Virus genome (UHGV): UHGV-0373331
From: a virus
Length of the DNA stretch: 36,618 bases
Direction: 5' to 3' (one strand)
The notes beneath the pieces were generated by a model. That model searched no databases. It was given only the letters and a program-made list of their open reading frames with translations, and was not told the DNA's origin. A program made the translations under genes and the position numbers. Below are positions 1-8,742 of the stretch, one piece after another. The number at the start of each line of letters is the position of its first letter. The stretch's first letter is position 1.

Positions 1-34
1 GTGAAATAAAATAAAAATAAGTTTTAGAAACTAG

Positions 35-63
35 TTGACACCCCTTAATTGGGGTGTTATACT
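35..63 (+). promoter_or_regulatory. Early sigma70-type promoter: TTGACA (35-40), 17-nt spacer, TATACT (58-63). The spacer holds the hairpin ACACCCC-ttaatt-GGGGTGT.
   Basis: Consensus -35 and -10 hexamers with exact 17-nt spacing lie upstream of the RBS and ATG at 93. The motif TATACTTAGT is shared with five other plus-strand promoters in the window. Confidence 0.6.
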
Positions 64-92
64 TAGTACATAAATAAGAGGAGGTTTTATCT

Positions 93-599
93 ATGGAAGA
101 AATTTGGAAAGATATAACAGGATATGAAGGATTATACCAAATAAGTAGTTTAGGTAGAGTTAAAAGTAGTAGTCATGATATAATCTTAAAAACATATGTT
201 AATAGAGGCTATCATCAAGTGCATTTGAGTAAAAACAACATTAAATCTAGTAGAACTATACACCGTTTAGTGGCAGAAGCATTTATACCAAACCCTGAAA
301 ACAAACCTCAAGTTAATCATATTGATGAGGATAAATCAAATAACAGTATGTCGAATCTTAATTGGATGACGGCAAAAGAAAATTCAAATCATGGTACTAG
401 ATCACTTAGAGTAGGTGTAGAAAGTGGTAAAACAAGAAGTAAACCAGTAAAAGCAATTAATGTAACGAGTGGAGTGACTCTTAAATTCGAGAGTGCCGCG
501 CAGTGTGCAAAAATATTGTCAGTATCACAAGGTAATGTTACTAGAACACTTAAAGGTAGAAGTAAGACTGTAGGAGGTTATTACGTTGAATACTTATAA
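93..599 (+). CDS. HNH homing endonuclease (NUMOD4 N-terminus, HNH_3 core, C-terminal NUMOD1/IENR-like helix-turn-helix)
   Basis: The N-terminus WKDITGYEGLYQISSLGRVKS is a typical NUMOD4 motif. HRLVAEAFIPNP...VNHIDEDKSNNSMSNLNWMTAKENSNHG is an HNH_3 core. The RBS AAGAGGAGG precedes the ATG. Confidence 0.8.
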   Translation: MEEIWKDITGYEGLYQISSLGRVKSSSHDIILKTYVNRGYHQVHLSKNNIKSSRTIHRLVAEAFIPNPENKPQVNHIDEDKSNNSMSNLNWMTAKENSNHGTRSLRVGVESGKTRSKPVKAINVTSGVTLKFESAAQCAKILSVSQGNVTRTLKGRSKTVGGYYVEYL

Positions 600-1338
600 A
601 CAATTACGACTAAAGAAAAATGGTAAAGCCCCACTAATCGCAGGTGCCTTTAATGGTGAATCAGAAGAGTTGATTCAAAACTGGATTAAAGAGGGCGGTA
701 ATATCGGAATTCTTACTGGAACAAAAAGTGGAATCATAGTGGTTGACTTAGACCGTCATGGTACTTCAGATGGGGTTGACGCATTAAATAATCTACTTGA
801 AGCATATGATATTGAGTTACCAATAACTAAAGTAGTTAAGACACCCAATAACGGATATCATTATTATTTTAAGTTACCTTCGAAATATTATGATATTCAA
901 CTGAAACAGAATATAAATGGTTATGAAGGTATTGATTTTCAGAGTAGCGGTCGTTTCGTGGTAGCACCACCCAGTCAAATTGATGGTATATCATATGAGT
1001 TGATTCGTGACGTTGCTGAGTTACCAGAGTTACCAGAGAAGTTACTTGAGATTTTAGTGGATAAAACGATTACAAAAAAGAACAAGAAGCGCGAGCGCAA
1101 ATGGACGGCAAACCTATTAGGTGATATAATTGCAGGTAGTGGAGAAGGAGGGAGGAATATCTGGCTGACCACTCAAATTGGTAAACTATTTGCCACTGGC
1201 TTGAATCATGATGAGGTGCGTGTGTGGTCTCTATACGTTAACCAGATTGGCTGTAATACACCACTGTCAGAGGATGAAGTACTACAAACATATGAGAGTG
1301 TTCGTAAGCGTGAAATTAGAAGAATGGAGGAAAACTGA
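586..1338 (+). CDS. Bifunctional primase-polymerase (Prim-Pol N-terminal domain) with a PriCT_1-like C-terminal domain
   Basis: GILTG...GIIVVDLDRHG matches the Prim-Pol catalytic DxD/H region. The C-terminal stretch NIWLTTQIGKLFATGLNHDEV...LSEDEVLQTYESV resembles the primase C-terminal (PriCT_1) domain. Confidence 0.65.
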   Translation: MNTYKQLRLKKNGKAPLIAGAFNGESEELIQNWIKEGGNIGILTGTKSGIIVVDLDRHGTSDGVDALNNLLEAYDIELPITKVVKTPNNGYHYYFKLPSKYYDIQLKQNINGYEGIDFQSSGRFVVAPPSQIDGISYELIRDVAELPELPEKLLEILVDKTITKKNKKRERKWTANLLGDIIAGSGEGGRNIWLTTQIGKLFATGLNHDEVRVWSLYVNQIGCNTPLSEDEVLQTYESVRKREIRRMEEN

Positions 1339-1538
1339 TGGATAAGCGATTATTTAGTACAGAGTTTAAAAATGGATATTGTGTGACAGTATTCAGTCAA
1401 TCAAGATTTGAGTTAAAATATTATGTAGAGGTTTTCCATGTTAATGAACCACAAGATACTCATAGAGTTGAGTTTCATACAGCACGTGAGGTATTTGGAT
1501 ATTTATCAGATATTCAAAACTATAAGCAAAAAGACTAG
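1338..1538 (+). CDS. Hypothetical small protein
   Basis: Its ATG overlaps the upstream stop (ATGA), suggesting translational coupling with the Prim-Pol gene. A 24-bp perfect palindrome (1534-1557) follows. Confidence 0.4.
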   Translation: MDKRLFSTEFKNGYCVTVFSQSRFELKYYVEVFHVNEPQDTHRVEFHTAREVFGYLSDIQNYKQKD

Positions 1539-1614
1539 TCAATTGACTAGTCTTAACGAGAGGAGGGAGGAGGAATCCCTATAATTAATTATATCATAAA
1601 ATAAAAGTTTTGTG

Positions 1615-1643
1615 TTGACATTGAAACAAGAATGTGTTACTAT
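1615..1643 (+). promoter_or_regulatory. Early promoter: TTGACA (1615-1620), 17-nt spacer, TACTAT (1638-1643) preceded by TGt
   Basis: Consensus -35 hexamer, exact 17-nt spacing and an extended -10, located upstream of the GTG-start ORF at 1674. Confidence 0.5.
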
Positions 1644-1673
1644 TAAGATATTAAAAAGAGAGGATTTGATAAA

Positions 1674-1907
1674 GTGATAGAAGACCTACAAAATACAAAA
1701 CGCTACCAAACACGTTCAGGTAAACAACTCTTTGACGTATTAGAAGACGACTTGCTAACATATGATGAGCTACGTGGTTTCTACAAAGCTAACATTTACA
1801 AATATACACATAGATACAAAGAAAAAAATGGTATTGAAGATTTGAAAAAAGTGAAGGTCTATGTAGACCAACTAATTAAATTGGAGGAAAAACAAAATGC
1901 GATTTGA
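1674..1907 (+). CDS. Hypothetical protein (GTG start)
   Basis: ORF with the RBS AAAGAGAGG upstream; no recognisable motif. Confidence 0.4.
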   Translation: MIEDLQNTKRYQTRSGKQLFDVLEDDLLTYDELRGFYKANIYKYTHRYKEKNGIEDLKKVKVYVDQLIKLEEKQNAI

Positions 1908-2367
1908 ACCATTAAACGAGCCGTACGACATGTACGCCATAACAGATGAGGGTCATGTGTTTCATTTAGACAAAGAACGATATGAAACGGAATTAGTTGA
2001 TCCAAAGAATGGAAAGATGTACGTGGTTCTTGATGGATCACATAAGAAGTCACGCAAGTTCTATATCTCTCAATTAGTGGCAGATATGTTTGTCAAAAAT
2101 GAGCATAATCTAGGATATTTATATTTTAAAGATGGCAACGTACAAAATAGTCACTATACCAACATTGGATACGCTATTAATCCAAAAGAAGGGTTACAAC
2201 GTGTGGCACGTCCTTTCAGAAAGAAAGTAGAGCCCAAACGACATGCCTTAATTGTAGCTATTGGAGAAGCATGTGAGAAAAAGGATTGGAAAGAAGCTAA
2301 TAAACTAGGAAAAGAACTTTGGCAATTGGAGGGCGCGTCATATGAAAACAGAAACCATGAGTTTTGA
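1897..2367 (+). CDS. Degenerate NUMOD4/HNH_3-like homing-endonuclease relative
   Basis: YAITDEGHVFHL resembles NUMOD4. ISQLVADMFVKNEHNLGYLYFKDGNVQNSHYTNIGYA aligns with the HNH_3 core, but the catalytic His is not conserved. Confidence 0.4.
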   Translation: MRFEPLNEPYDMYAITDEGHVFHLDKERYETELVDPKNGKMYVVLDGSHKKSRKFYISQLVADMFVKNEHNLGYLYFKDGNVQNSHYTNIGYAINPKEGLQRVARPFRKKVEPKRHALIVAIGEACEKKDWKEANKLGKELWQLEGASYENRNHEF

Positions 2368-3103
2368 TATTCACTATTCAGGAAGTAAAGGAAACTGCGC
2401 GTCTATCTATTATGATAATTTAGGCTTTTTAATTGACATAGGCAAGCCATATAAATATATTGAGCCATATTTATTTAACAAGCAATTCATTCTAATCACA
2501 CATAAACACCAAGACCACCTAGTATATACAACATATAAAAAAATAAGAGAAAACTTCCCACATATTAAAATATTAGGAAACCAGGAAGTACAAGATAACT
2601 TGAAGACGCGTAACTTACCACAATTAGACCTTATCTTCAAAGATGACTTTCAATTTCAGATTGGTGAAGTCAAGTTCACAACACTTCAGAATTATCATGG
2701 CGCTGGAGAAGATTATACAGAAACACATGGTTTCATCATGGAGACCCCTAACCAAAACACTCTGTTTGCTACTGATTTAAGTACAATGACAGACTATGAA
2801 AAGTATCTTTTGGACAATGATTTAAAGATTGATACACTGTTACTTGAAGCTAATTATGACCCTAAAGTTATTGAATTTTACGAATCAACAAAACAGCACA
2901 CCGGCTACGATGTGTTCAGCTCAGGTTCATATCGCCATTTAAGTACAACAGAACGAGAGTTATTTGTTGACAAATTTGGCAAACCTAGTATGATTAATAT
3001 AGAATTGCACCAGTCAGAAACATATCGCACTTTTGATGGGTTAATTAAACGTTCAAAAGGAAAAATTACCAAAAAAGATGTTGACAACTGGTTAATAAGA
3101 TGA
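2342..3103 (+). CDS. Metallo-beta-lactamase-fold hydrolase
   Basis: THKHQDH is the MBL HxHxDH signature. The upstream glycine-rich motif YSGSKGNCASIY and the spacing of the later His/Asp residues fit the fold. Confidence 0.7.
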   Translation: MKTETMSFDIHYSGSKGNCASIYYDNLGFLIDIGKPYKYIEPYLFNKQFILITHKHQDHLVYTTYKKIRENFPHIKILGNQEVQDNLKTRNLPQLDLIFKDDFQFQIGEVKFTTLQNYHGAGEDYTETHGFIMETPNQNTLFATDLSTMTDYEKYLLDNDLKIDTLLLEANYDPKVIEFYESTKQHTGYDVFSSGSYRHLSTTERELFVDKFGKPSMINIELHQSETYRTFDGLIKRSKGKITKKDVDNWLIR

Positions 3104-3138
3104 TACAATTAAAACATAAAGACAGAGGAGGAAATAAA

Positions 3139-3366
3139 ATGAAATACCAATATGGAGATCTAGTAAAATTTACGAACAACTATGGAATGCACGCAGCACA
3201 AGGTGATGAGGGTACAGTGCAACACGTAGACAAGTTTGGAAACATTCTTGTCTTAGTTGAATCAGGCGATTTTGCAGCACGCTTTGAGGAGGTACGTGAC
3301 GAAGATATTGAACTGATTGACCGTTTGAGTGATGATGATTTGGATTTGCTGAAGGAGGAGCTGTAA
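3139..3366 (+). CDS. Small acidic protein, member of a paralogous small beta-barrel-like family (with 5205..5417)
   Basis: I refined the start to the ATG at 3139, 7 nt after AGAGGAGG; the track ORF begins at 3100. It shares the pattern G-LV...YG....GDEG-V....Y-V.L..G....F-E-D with the 5205 ORF. Confidence 0.45.
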   Translation: MKYQYGDLVKFTNNYGMHAAQGDEGTVQHVDKFGNILVLVESGDFAARFEEVRDEDIELIDRLSDDDLDLLKEEL

Positions 3367-3368
3367 GA

Positions 3369-3536
3369 ATGAACTATAAAACGCTGTTAAAATTAGACTA
3401 TGGCTACACTGAAAACCAGTTGTTTGATATCATTGAGAAGTACAAATGGCTATTCAAATTAAATTATACGATTGATGAACTTTTTGCAGTAGAGTATAAA
3501 CGCCTTCAGATGGAGGATGAAAAGCATGGCATTTGA
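3369..3536 (+). CDS. Unannotated 55-aa ORF (MNYKTLLKLDYGYTENQLFDIIEKYKWLFKLNYTIDELFAVEYKRLQMEDEKHGI)
   Basis: It is absent from the ORF track because it is under 60 aa. GAAGGAGGAG lies 8 nt before its ATG, and it fills an otherwise empty gap. Confidence 0.35.
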   Translation: MNYKTLLKLDYGYTENQLFDIIEKYKWLFKLNYTIDELFAVEYKRLQMEDEKHGI

Positions 3537-4332
3537 ATTATCAATACAATCAAGCGGTAAACAAGAAATACAGTTCGTTGGATATGATAAAACGCTGGAG
3601 GATGTGAGACGTTTGGTGGCTGAAATGGAACAACAAGAGGTAACGGAAGAAAACATTCAGACATCAAAGAAACTCATTGCTAGCATTAATAAACAAATCA
3701 AAGAACTGGACAAAGAGCGCTTGGCAGTTAAGCGTGAGATTATGACACCATATGATGAGCTTAACGAAAAAATACAATTACTCAAGTCAGAATTAAATAA
3801 AGGAGTAACGCACATCAATGTTCAGATTAAAGAAATCACTGTACGTGAACAGGAACAAAGGAAATTACAAATCAAAGACTTATTTAAGAAATATCAGAAG
3901 TCATATAACGCTCCACAGTGGCTTACTTTTGATAAGTTCATTGCAAAAAACCCAACACTAATTACTAATAAGGCAACAAGCGCTAAAAAGATACGTGAAG
4001 CGGTGGTTTCTTATTTTGAAACATTTAAACAGGACTATGACCTATTAAAAACACAATATCCAGACAAGGATGATCGTTCTGCGATTTTGATTGCCTACTC
4101 TAAAAATGGTCATAATATGCAAGACGCAATACTGGACTATACAAGCATGATTGCAGAGAAAGAGCGTCTTGAGATTGAGCAAAGACGAGTGAAAGAAACG
4201 AAAGTTCCAGATATTGTTATTATCACTGGCAACGAGCAAAAACAGGAAGCTGCGAAACCAGTTGAATATGTAACAATTAAGATTAATAAAGAAGACTTGA
4301 ATAAACTGAAAATTGATTATGAGATACTGTAA
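3526..4332 (+). CDS. Coiled-coil protein of unknown function, early/recombination region (possibly DUF1351-like)
   Basis: Start refined to ATG 3526, after GGAGG. The sequence is long, charged and predicted coiled-coil. The family assignment is from memory only. Confidence 0.35.
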   Translation: MAFELSIQSSGKQEIQFVGYDKTLEDVRRLVAEMEQQEVTEENIQTSKKLIASINKQIKELDKERLAVKREIMTPYDELNEKIQLLKSELNKGVTHINVQIKEITVREQEQRKLQIKDLFKKYQKSYNAPQWLTFDKFIAKNPTLITNKATSAKKIREAVVSYFETFKQDYDLLKTQYPDKDDRSAILIAYSKNGHNMQDAILDYTSMIAEKERLEIEQRRVKETKVPDIVIITGNEQKQEAAKPVEYVTIKINKEDLNKLKIDYEIL

Positions 4333-4357
4333 CAGCCTACACAAGTAAGGGAATATA

Positions 4358-4366
4358 TGATATAAT
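4358..4366 (+). promoter_or_regulatory. Extended -10 promoter element TGaTATAAT
   Basis: Exact TGnTATAAT motif about 60 nt upstream of the ATG at 4424. Confidence 0.4.
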
Positions 4367-4423
4367 AGACTTTGTAAAAGAAAAGAGAAGAGAAAATAAA
4401 ACAACTTAATTGGAGGAATTAAA

Positions 4424-5116
4424 ATGTCAGAATTGAAAAAAGTAATTATTGTTAGCGCAGAGGAAGACGATATTAGTGTGAAGTTACAGGTAGCGAGTGA
4501 GGACTACAGCGCTATTTATGAAGCAGCAGTTTTTAAACAAACATATGATAAATACTCTAAAACGTGGAATGACTTCACAGATGAAGATACAAAAGGTAAA
4601 GAACGATTAGCTAAAGCATTAGAACTTTTAGGTGGTTCATTTGATAACCTTGAAGATAAAGAGTTAGAAATGTATGTGGATGAAGAAACCGGTAAGGCCT
4701 ACTTTGAAGAAGGCCCATCATTTAAAAAGATTGAGAAGCCACTGGTTTCACTAAAACGGTTGAAGCAAGTACCAATTGTTGAAATTAAAGACTCAGCAAA
4801 AGGACGTGCTGTTGTGGTAGAACATGACGGAAAATACTATTCATTCAATTTTAATTCAGGAGTTTATATTGAGAAATTAAATAAGTTTATTCCTAATCAA
4901 GCGAAACTTGCAAAATCAAAAGCACGATTCAATGAATTGTTTGAGGACGTAAACGTAACATGGGAAACAGCAGATATGGCAATTGGAATGGTTGTGGATT
5001 GTAAGGTTAAGAAAAATATGTTAGATACTGCTTCACCTTACGGATGGTTAGAACCACAACCACTTGATCCAGCAGATCAGAAAGAATCAGTAACAGACGA
5101 AGAACTACCCTTCTAA
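4424..5116 (+). CDS. Putative single-stranded DNA-binding protein (acidic C-terminal tail ...TDEELPF)
   Basis: The C-terminus DEELPF mimics the conserved SSB interaction tip D-D-D-I-P-F. The protein is acidic overall and sits in the replication/recombination neighbourhood. Confidence 0.35.
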   Translation: MSELKKVIIVSAEEDDISVKLQVASEDYSAIYEAAVFKQTYDKYSKTWNDFTDEDTKGKERLAKALELLGGSFDNLEDKELEMYVDEETGKAYFEEGPSFKKIEKPLVSLKRLKQVPIVEIKDSAKGRAVVVEHDGKYYSFNFNSGVYIEKLNKFIPNQAKLAKSKARFNELFEDVNVTWETADMAIGMVVDCKVKKNMLDTASPYGWLEPQPLDPADQKESVTDEELPF

Positions 5117-5128
5117 AATAAATTACAA

Positions 5129-5160
5129 AGAGTTGACCTTATGGGTTGACTCTTTTGTTT
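5129..5160 (+). terminator. Rho-independent terminator (10-bp stem with G-U pairs, then TTTTGTTTT) overlapping the -35 of the next promoter
   Basis: AGAGTTGACC ttatg GGTTGACTCT followed by a T-run, immediately after the stop at 5116. Confidence 0.6.
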
Positions 5161-5174
5161 TCCCATGGTATACT
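5146..5174 (+). promoter_or_regulatory. Early promoter: TTGACT (5146-5151), 17-nt spacer, TATACT (5169-5174), continuing TATACTTAGT
   Basis: Same architecture and -10 context as the promoters at 35, 8405, 30601, 31241 and 31887. Confidence 0.55.
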
Positions 5175-5204
5175 TAGTTCATAAGTTAAGAGGAGGAAAA
5201 CAAT

Positions 5205-5417
5205 ATGAACATTGGAAACGTTGTAGAGTTAAAACGAGATAACATATACGGAATAGGCAAGAAAGGTGACGAAGGGGTGGTACTGTATAAGCTATATAAA
5301 CCTGTTGACGACTATGAATACCTGGTTAGGTTGTATAATGGAGCAACAGAAGCATTCCTAGAAAAAGATTTACAATTAGTAGTAAAAACACTTGACAAAG
5401 TAAACTTTAGATGGTAA
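5205..5417 (+). CDS. Small protein, paralog of 3139..3366
   Basis: Shared GDEG-centred motif; RBS AAGAGGAGG. Confidence 0.45.
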   Translation: MNIGNVVELKRDNIYGIGKKGDEGVVLYKLYKPVDDYEYLVRLYNGATEAFLEKDLQLVVKTLDKVNFRW

Positions 5418-5451
5418 ACTTAATTTATAAGATAAAGAGAGGACGATTAAA

Positions 5452-5784
5452 ATGACTAAACAAAATCCAGTATTAGAAACATTAAAGAAAATGAACACAC
5501 CACAACAGGAGGAAAAAGACATGACAAACGAACAATTACAAAACGAAATTTTGAATGAACAATTAACACAACTTAAAAGTATGAAGGAAGATTCTAACAA
5601 ACCAAGTTTAGTAGTTTATATCTTACTAGCATTATTCTTAGGAGGAATTGGCGCACATGATTTCTATGTTGGAAAACCAGTAAAAGGACTTATTAAACTA
5701 GTGTTCTGTTGGACAGGTATTCCTATGTTTATTGCCGTATTCAATATCATTGGTGCTTTGATGAACAAACAAAACTTTAAATAA
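5452..5784 (+). CDS. TM2-domain membrane protein
   Basis: LLALFLGGIGAHDFYVGKPVKGLIKLV...TGI matches the TM2 domain (two helices with a G-x-H-x-F-Y-x-G core). Confidence 0.6.
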   Translation: MTKQNPVLETLKKMNTPQQEEKDMTNEQLQNEILNEQLTQLKSMKEDSNKPSLVVYILLALFLGGIGAHDFYVGKPVKGLIKLVFCWTGIPMFIAVFNIIGALMNKQNFK

Positions 5785-5800
5785 TAGGAGGAAGATTAAC

Positions 5801-6007
5801 ATGATGTTATTAGACAACTTAATTTTAACAGTAAAAGATGAATATGGTGTGATCATCAATAGACATTTTAATGAGGTGTATGTAAAGATTGATCCAACTC
5901 AAATGATGATCACAAACAATAAGAAGACAATTGCTGTTTATAAGTTAGATGATGTTCTATACATGCAAACACAAGGGCATCCACGCAACTTTAAACTGTT
6001 CCAATGA
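5801..6007 (+). CDS. Hypothetical small protein
   Basis: ORF preceded by the RBS TAGGAGGAAG. Confidence 0.4.
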   Translation: MMLLDNLILTVKDEYGVIINRHFNEVYVKIDPTQMMITNNKKTIAVYKLDDVLYMQTQGHPRNFKLFQ

Positions 6008-6108
6008 GACACACAATAGAAAGTTTTATGGAGTTTGTACTTTGCACTTGCATTCTGATTATAGATGTAGTATATTATATTTTAACTGGAAAAGAGAGGA
6101 AGTAAGGA

Positions 6109-8400
6109 ATGAAAAATATTGCAGAATTTAAAGGTGCTGAAAAGTTAGCAAGTAAGCTATTAGAAATATTCGCAGCACTTGCAGGCAATGCCAAGAGTTT
6201 TGATCCGCTAGTAGAAGGGGTTCACCAAGTTGTAGTCATTAAATCAGAGGAACGTTTATCTAAAAAAGGTAAAAAAATGCGTGAGATTAAGCTTAGAAGT
6301 TTAAAAGATGGTAGAGATGCTACTATATATATTATGAAGTTTCGTAAGCAAGATTGGAACACTTGGGAAAATATAGAAGTTGGACAGCAGTTAATGATTA
6401 CTCTAAAATACAATAATGGTTTTCCAAATGTAACCATCAATCAAAAAGGAGCGGTGATTGACATATTACCTGAGAAACCAAATGAGGCACTAACCAACCA
6501 AACAATCTATATTTATGACATTGAAGTATTTAAAAAAGATAATTTATTTGTTTTCAGAGATTACTTCACTAAAGAATGGACAGTTATTCATAATGATTTA
6601 GACGCTTTACGCAAGTTCTATCTAGCGAATAGAGATTCATTGTTTGTAGGTTATAACTCACACTCATATGATTCAAATGTCATGCGTGCATATTTACAAG
6701 GTAAAAACCCCTTTCATGTGTCAAAAGCAATCATTGAAAGTGATGATAGAGGATTAGTTTACAAGATGTTTGACACAAAGAAAACCCCTTTGTTTGGAAT
6801 GGATTTGTATCAAGACAATAGAGGATTCAGCTTAAAAGAGCATAGCGCTTTCATGGGTATTAATATTAAAGAAACAGAAGTTGATTTTGACTTAGACAGA
6901 GAATTAACAGAAGAAGAACAAGTACTGAATGAATTATACTGTAAAAATGATGTGCTAGCTACTGAAAAACGTTTTGAACAAAATATAGGCATGTTAGTAG
7001 CTAAGGCTGCAATTGCGTTGTACTTTGGTTTAGATAAAATGGCACTGTCAATGACTAACGCCAACTTGACTGCTGAACTATTAGGAGCTGAAAAAACACC
7101 TGATAGAGGTGACGAGTTAGATAAGTATGAACTACCAGAAGGTTTTGAAATTGAGTCAGAGACCATTCGTCAGGCATTTATGACAAATGAGTTTGAAGCT
7201 AATGATAAAGGACATGCAAGCATCTCATTAGATGTACCACGTAGAGACGTAACAGAGGTTTTAGGAGTAGGTGGTATACATGGTGCTAAGGAGTCATTTA
7301 TTCATGTAGGTAACTTCCACGCACGTGACGTTGGTTCATTGTACCCTAATACAATGGTGCTGTTTGACTACTTGTCAAGAAACATTCCAGAAGAAAAAAG
7401 ACATATCTATCAAATGTTATTAGATGAACGTATGGAAGCTAAGTATTCTAATAAAGAATTTACTGAAATTAAAGGTGTTCAGATTCCAACTAAGTTATTG
7501 ATTAATGGGTATAAACTACCTCTAAATACTAAATATGGTGCAATGGGGGCTGAGTTTAATAAACTGTATGACCCACGTATGAGGCTATTAGTATGTATCA
7601 CTGGACAGATGGCTATGTGGGACTTACTAGAAAAGATTGAAGACCACGCTACTATTATTCAATCAAACACAGACGCACATTACTATATTCCATTCAGTGA
7701 AGAAGATGAAAAAGCCATTGATGAGATTGCAAATGATTGGATGAAACGGACAGGGTACACCTTAGACGATGATCCATTTAGAGAAATATATCAAGCCAAC
7801 GTAAATAATTACTTGGCGGTTACAACTGAGGGTCAAGTTAAGTTTAAAGGAGCAATTGGTTTAACTAATGGTTTGAAGGTATCTAAAGCAATTGTGTCAA
7901 ATGCTTTTATTAACTACGTGGTTGCTGGCAAAGATTATAAAGAGTTTATTAATGAATGTGACGAACTACGTCAGTTCCAAATGATTACTAAAACAGGCTA
8001 TACTTTTGATGATACTATTGTACGTGATAGTGAAGGTAATGAAATGAAAGCACAAAAAGTGAATCGTACATTTGCAATAAAAGACCCTAACAAAGCTGTT
8101 GAAATATTCAAGGTGAAACGAGGAGCTGTAATTGAAGAGGAAGGCACAACGATTGTTGGTGATGATTCTTACACTAAAGGTTTACCTAATGCTCCTGAAT
8201 ATTATGCTATTGATAATGACGCCATTGGAGAAGGATGGATAACTCTTGATGATATTGATAAAGAATACTATATAAACCAAGTGGAGGATTTACTAGTGAT
8301 GTGGTTTGGTGCAACGTGGAAAGAAAGGATTGAGCAAGCACATGCCAAAAGAAATAAACTTGGATACAAGACACCTAGTGTCAGAAACTACATTGACTAA
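6109..8400 (+). CDS. Family B DNA polymerase with 3'-5' proofreading exonuclease
   Basis: Exo I is IYIYDIEVF, Exo II is FVGYNSHSYDSNV and Exo III is YCKNDVLAT. Pol motif A is DVGSLYPNTMV and motif B is KLPLNTKYGAMG. The motif C region reads IIQSNTDAHYY. Confidence 0.85.
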   Translation: MKNIAEFKGAEKLASKLLEIFAALAGNAKSFDPLVEGVHQVVVIKSEERLSKKGKKMREIKLRSLKDGRDATIYIMKFRKQDWNTWENIEVGQQLMITLKYNNGFPNVTINQKGAVIDILPEKPNEALTNQTIYIYDIEVFKKDNLFVFRDYFTKEWTVIHNDLDALRKFYLANRDSLFVGYNSHSYDSNVMRAYLQGKNPFHVSKAIIESDDRGLVYKMFDTKKTPLFGMDLYQDNRGFSLKEHSAFMGINIKETEVDFDLDRELTEEEQVLNELYCKNDVLATEKRFEQNIGMLVAKAAIALYFGLDKMALSMTNANLTAELLGAEKTPDRGDELDKYELPEGFEIESETIRQAFMTNEFEANDKGHASISLDVPRRDVTEVLGVGGIHGAKESFIHVGNFHARDVGSLYPNTMVLFDYLSRNIPEEKRHIYQMLLDERMEAKYSNKEFTEIKGVQIPTKLLINGYKLPLNTKYGAMGAEFNKLYDPRMRLLVCITGQMAMWDLLEKIEDHATIIQSNTDAHYYIPFSEEDEKAIDEIANDWMKRTGYTLDDDPFREIYQANVNNYLAVTTEGQVKFKGAIGLTNGLKVSKAIVSNAFINYVVAGKDYKEFINECDELRQFQMITKTGYTFDDTIVRDSEGNEMKAQKVNRTFAIKDPNKAVEIFKVKRGAVIEEEGTTIVGDDSYTKGLPNAPEYYAIDNDAIGEGWITLDDIDKEYYINQVEDLLVMWFGATWKERIEQAHAKRNKLGYKTPSVRNYID

Positions 8401-8404
8401 ACAC

Positions 8405-8433
8405 TTAACACCTCTTAACTGAGGTGTTATACT
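8405..8433 (+). promoter_or_regulatory. Promoter TTAACA-17-TATACT with the hairpin AACACCTC-ttaact-GAGGTGTT in the spacer
   Basis: A near-duplicate of the element at 35-63; it lies upstream of the NrdH-like gene. Confidence 0.5.
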
Positions 8434-8463
8434 TAATTCATAAAGTAAAAGGAGGAACAATAA

Positions 8464-8703
8464 ATGATTAAAATTTATACTAAAAACAACTGCATGCCTT
8501 GTAAAATGACGAAGAACTGGTTCAAAGGAAAAGGACACACATTCACTGAGGTTAATGTAGATGACAACTTAGAAGGGTTAAATGAATTACTTACTATGAA
8601 CCTAAGAACGCTACCAGTAGTGTTTAAAGATGGTGAGTTTGTGAGTATGGGGTTTGTACCAAATAAATGGGAAGAATTTAAAGTAAGGTTATTACCCAAT
8701 TAA
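8464..8703 (+). CDS. NrdH-like glutaredoxin
   Basis: 79 aa; the N-terminal CMPC is the CxxC redox motif of the thioredoxin fold. The ORF reads IKIYTKNNCMPCKMTKNWF. Confidence 0.7.
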   Translation: MIKIYTKNNCMPCKMTKNWFKGKGHTFTEVNVDDNLEGLNELLTMNLRTLPVVFKDGEFVSMGFVPNKWEEFKVRLLPN

Positions 8704-8710
8704 ATACAAA

Positions 8711-8742
8711 AGAAAACCACTGGATTAATCCAGTGGTTTTTG
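8711..8742. terminator. Bidirectional Rho-independent terminator between convergent genes
   Basis: AAAACCACTGGA ttaa TCCAGTGGTTTT: a 12-bp perfect stem flanked by A- and T-runs. Confidence 0.7.

Noticed and set aside
5949-6131. 60-aa ORF overlapping the polB start region
   Set aside because: It overlaps a promoter-like TTGCAT-17-TATATT element and the polB RBS. It is Cys/His-rich by chance in AT-rich DNA and has no RBS.
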